Below, one piece after another: positions 62,214-64,000 of a stretch of 64,000 nt of DNA. The stretch is from Daphnia carinata (Eukaryota): the NCBI RefSeq assembly GCF_022539665.2, contig NC_081333.1, forward strand, positions 1,054,001 to 1,118,000, written 5' to 3'. Both the position numbers and the translations under genes were made by a program. Within the stretch, counting starts at the first letter, position 1. Every line of letters starts with the position of its first letter. Below the pieces are notes generated by a model. The model ran no database searches. It saw only the letters and a program-made list of their open reading frames with translations, and had not been told where the DNA came from.

Positions 62214-64000
62214 CTATTGCTCTCTGGCGCGGCTTTGGCCGCCACTGACCCCACCACCACTGCCGCCTGTCCTCATTCTGCCGCCGGAAGCGGCGGAGGC
62301 CATGGTCATGGGAGCACCTGGTTGCTGTAGTGGCTGTTGCTGCTGGCTCATCATCGCTCGGATGCGCCGCTGGGCCGACTGGACGGCAAAAAAGTTGCCG
62401 ATGATGTGGACGGTCGTTTCTTCGCCGGTCGATGCACCTTGTTCCGGCAATTTGATGACCGACGACGTAGTCCGCTGCATTTCGCGGACATTCTGACCCC
62501 CTTTGCCAATAATCCGGCCAACTTGGCTCGACGGCACCAATAGCTCCACTGTTAACCGGACGTCCTCACCGGCCGGCATGAATCCTTCTTCGCGCATTTT
62601 TTCAAAAATGAGGTACTGCGCCTTCCACTGGGCTTCCGGCGTACCGACAATGGTGACTTTCCTTTCTGCTTGCGGTTCCGCAGTCGTGCCTTCCGGCAGA
62701 GAAGTAATTTTTACAGAAGCACCCGAAAATCGAATGATGTTCCGGATGTGAGAACCGCGCGTTCCAATGATGGCACCAACTGCACTGTTGGGGATGTAGA
62801 GGAAACTCGTCTCCTATTCAAAAGGAAAGAAAGAAAATAAATAAACGGAAGCGAAGAGAACAAAAAAAAAAAAAAAATAAAAATAAAAATAAAGAAAATA
62901 AATAATAATAAATCAATTTCTGGAAGTGTCTTTTACCTGTTGGGAACCAGTAGGCGGCACCAGGCCGGGTGGGTAGACACCTCCTGCTCCGACGCCTACA
63001 CCGGCTGGTCCTCCTTGTGCGTAGGGCGCCGCTCCGGGTGCTCCGGGGTGGTACATACCGGCAGCGGCGGCGGGTGGCGTACCCCTCACTGAGGGAGAGA
63101 ATCCCATGCCAACCGTCGACATCATGGCCATCGGATGTAGACCGGGGAACATCATACTTTGAGGCTAAAGTTTTTTGAAAGAAAACGAAATCCAAAATGG
63201 CGATGGAATTATGTCGTGTGAAATGTTAGGATGAAAGTAAAGGATTCCTTACAGCCATGGCTTGCAGATCGCTCTCGTAGCTTTGACGTAGTTTGGCGCT
63301 AATCATTCCTTCGGCTCTCGACATGTTTTCAATGCTTCCTTTAATCGTAATGACGCGTTCCATATTAAAACTGCTCACATCGTTCAAACTTTTGCGTTTA
63401 AAAAAAAATTAATAAATAAATAATAAGAGAAGTTCAGTGGTTATTCGTATTATTTGAAATAACCAAAACGCGTGTGCGTGTGTACCTGGATACGGTGATT
63501 TTGGTTTCCGTCTCAAGCATAACTCGCTTGATAGTGCTGCCTCCTTTACCGATTATCCGTCCGATCAGGTTATTGTGCGCCAGGATTTTCAACGAGACTT
63601 CCCTGTTAGGACGTTGACATACAAAAAAAAAAAAACGACAGGTGAAATCAGAATTGACGAAAAAAAAAAAAAAAAAATGTTGAATCTCTATGGTTTTTTT
63701 TTTTTCCATACCCTTTGTTGGTGTTATCGGCTTCCTGTTGCATCACTTCTAGGATGCGACGACAAGCGTTGGTGCAGTTCTCTGGATTGCCGTAAATGGT
63801 GATGGCCTTTTCCAACGAGCCGACATTCTCTTTTCGATGAACGTCCACCCTACACGTCAATGAATGGAAAAGGGTAACCGCATGAATAACGAATAAGGAA
63901 AAATAGAAATTGCTTTTTCTCAAAAATAAATCTCGATAAAATTACACCTACCGAGCTCTTGTTTGCTGCGTAATCTGTCGAATAGTTCCACCCTGACGAC
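62214..64000 (-). CDS. Imp: IGF2 mRNA-binding protein (Imp/IGF2BP), KH1(partial)-KH4; 5' part lies beyond the window
   Basis: [81 protein letters not shown]. Exons 63952->64000, 63712-63849, 63486-63602, 63253-63388, 62937-63164, 62214-62813. Confidence 0.97.

Noticed and set aside
1..64000. CRISPR arrays, operons, rRNA/tRNA genes, intact transposons
   Set aside because: No repeat-spacer arrays, RNA-gene signatures, or intact transposase/RT ORFs seen; the window is intron-rich eukaryotic DNA.

Overview
Eukaryotic, gene-dense, AT-rich arthropod DNA with many 50-100 nt GT-AG introns. The style strongly suggests a cladoceran such as Daphnia (inference). No rRNA, tRNA, CRISPR or prokaryotic systems were seen. 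Gene models were spliced by hand. In order: a possible spliced non-coding or decayed transcript (~130-930, -); beta-spectrin (-), with an alternative first exon and several in-frame cassette exons; a decayed KDZ/Zisupton-like transposase relic (+); GLRX5 (-) head-to-head with LDHD (+); Kidins220/ARMS (-), with a candidate 15-nt microexon; a type II membrane SEA-Frizzled-LDLa protein ending in a catalytically dead, nudel-like protease domain (-); a 166-aa NPF/KRAP-motif protein missed by the ORF track (-); a signal-peptide LDL-receptor-type ectodomain fused inside one exon to a FASTK-type RAP (nuclease-fold) domain, with no obvious transmembrane helix (-, the most unusual item); an NR2E6-like nuclear receptor (+); and the 3' part of Imp/IGF2BP (-), with a ~6.4 kb U-rich 3' UTR carrying let-7 and miR-125 seed sites. 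Family assignments come from motif recognition only; no searches were run.
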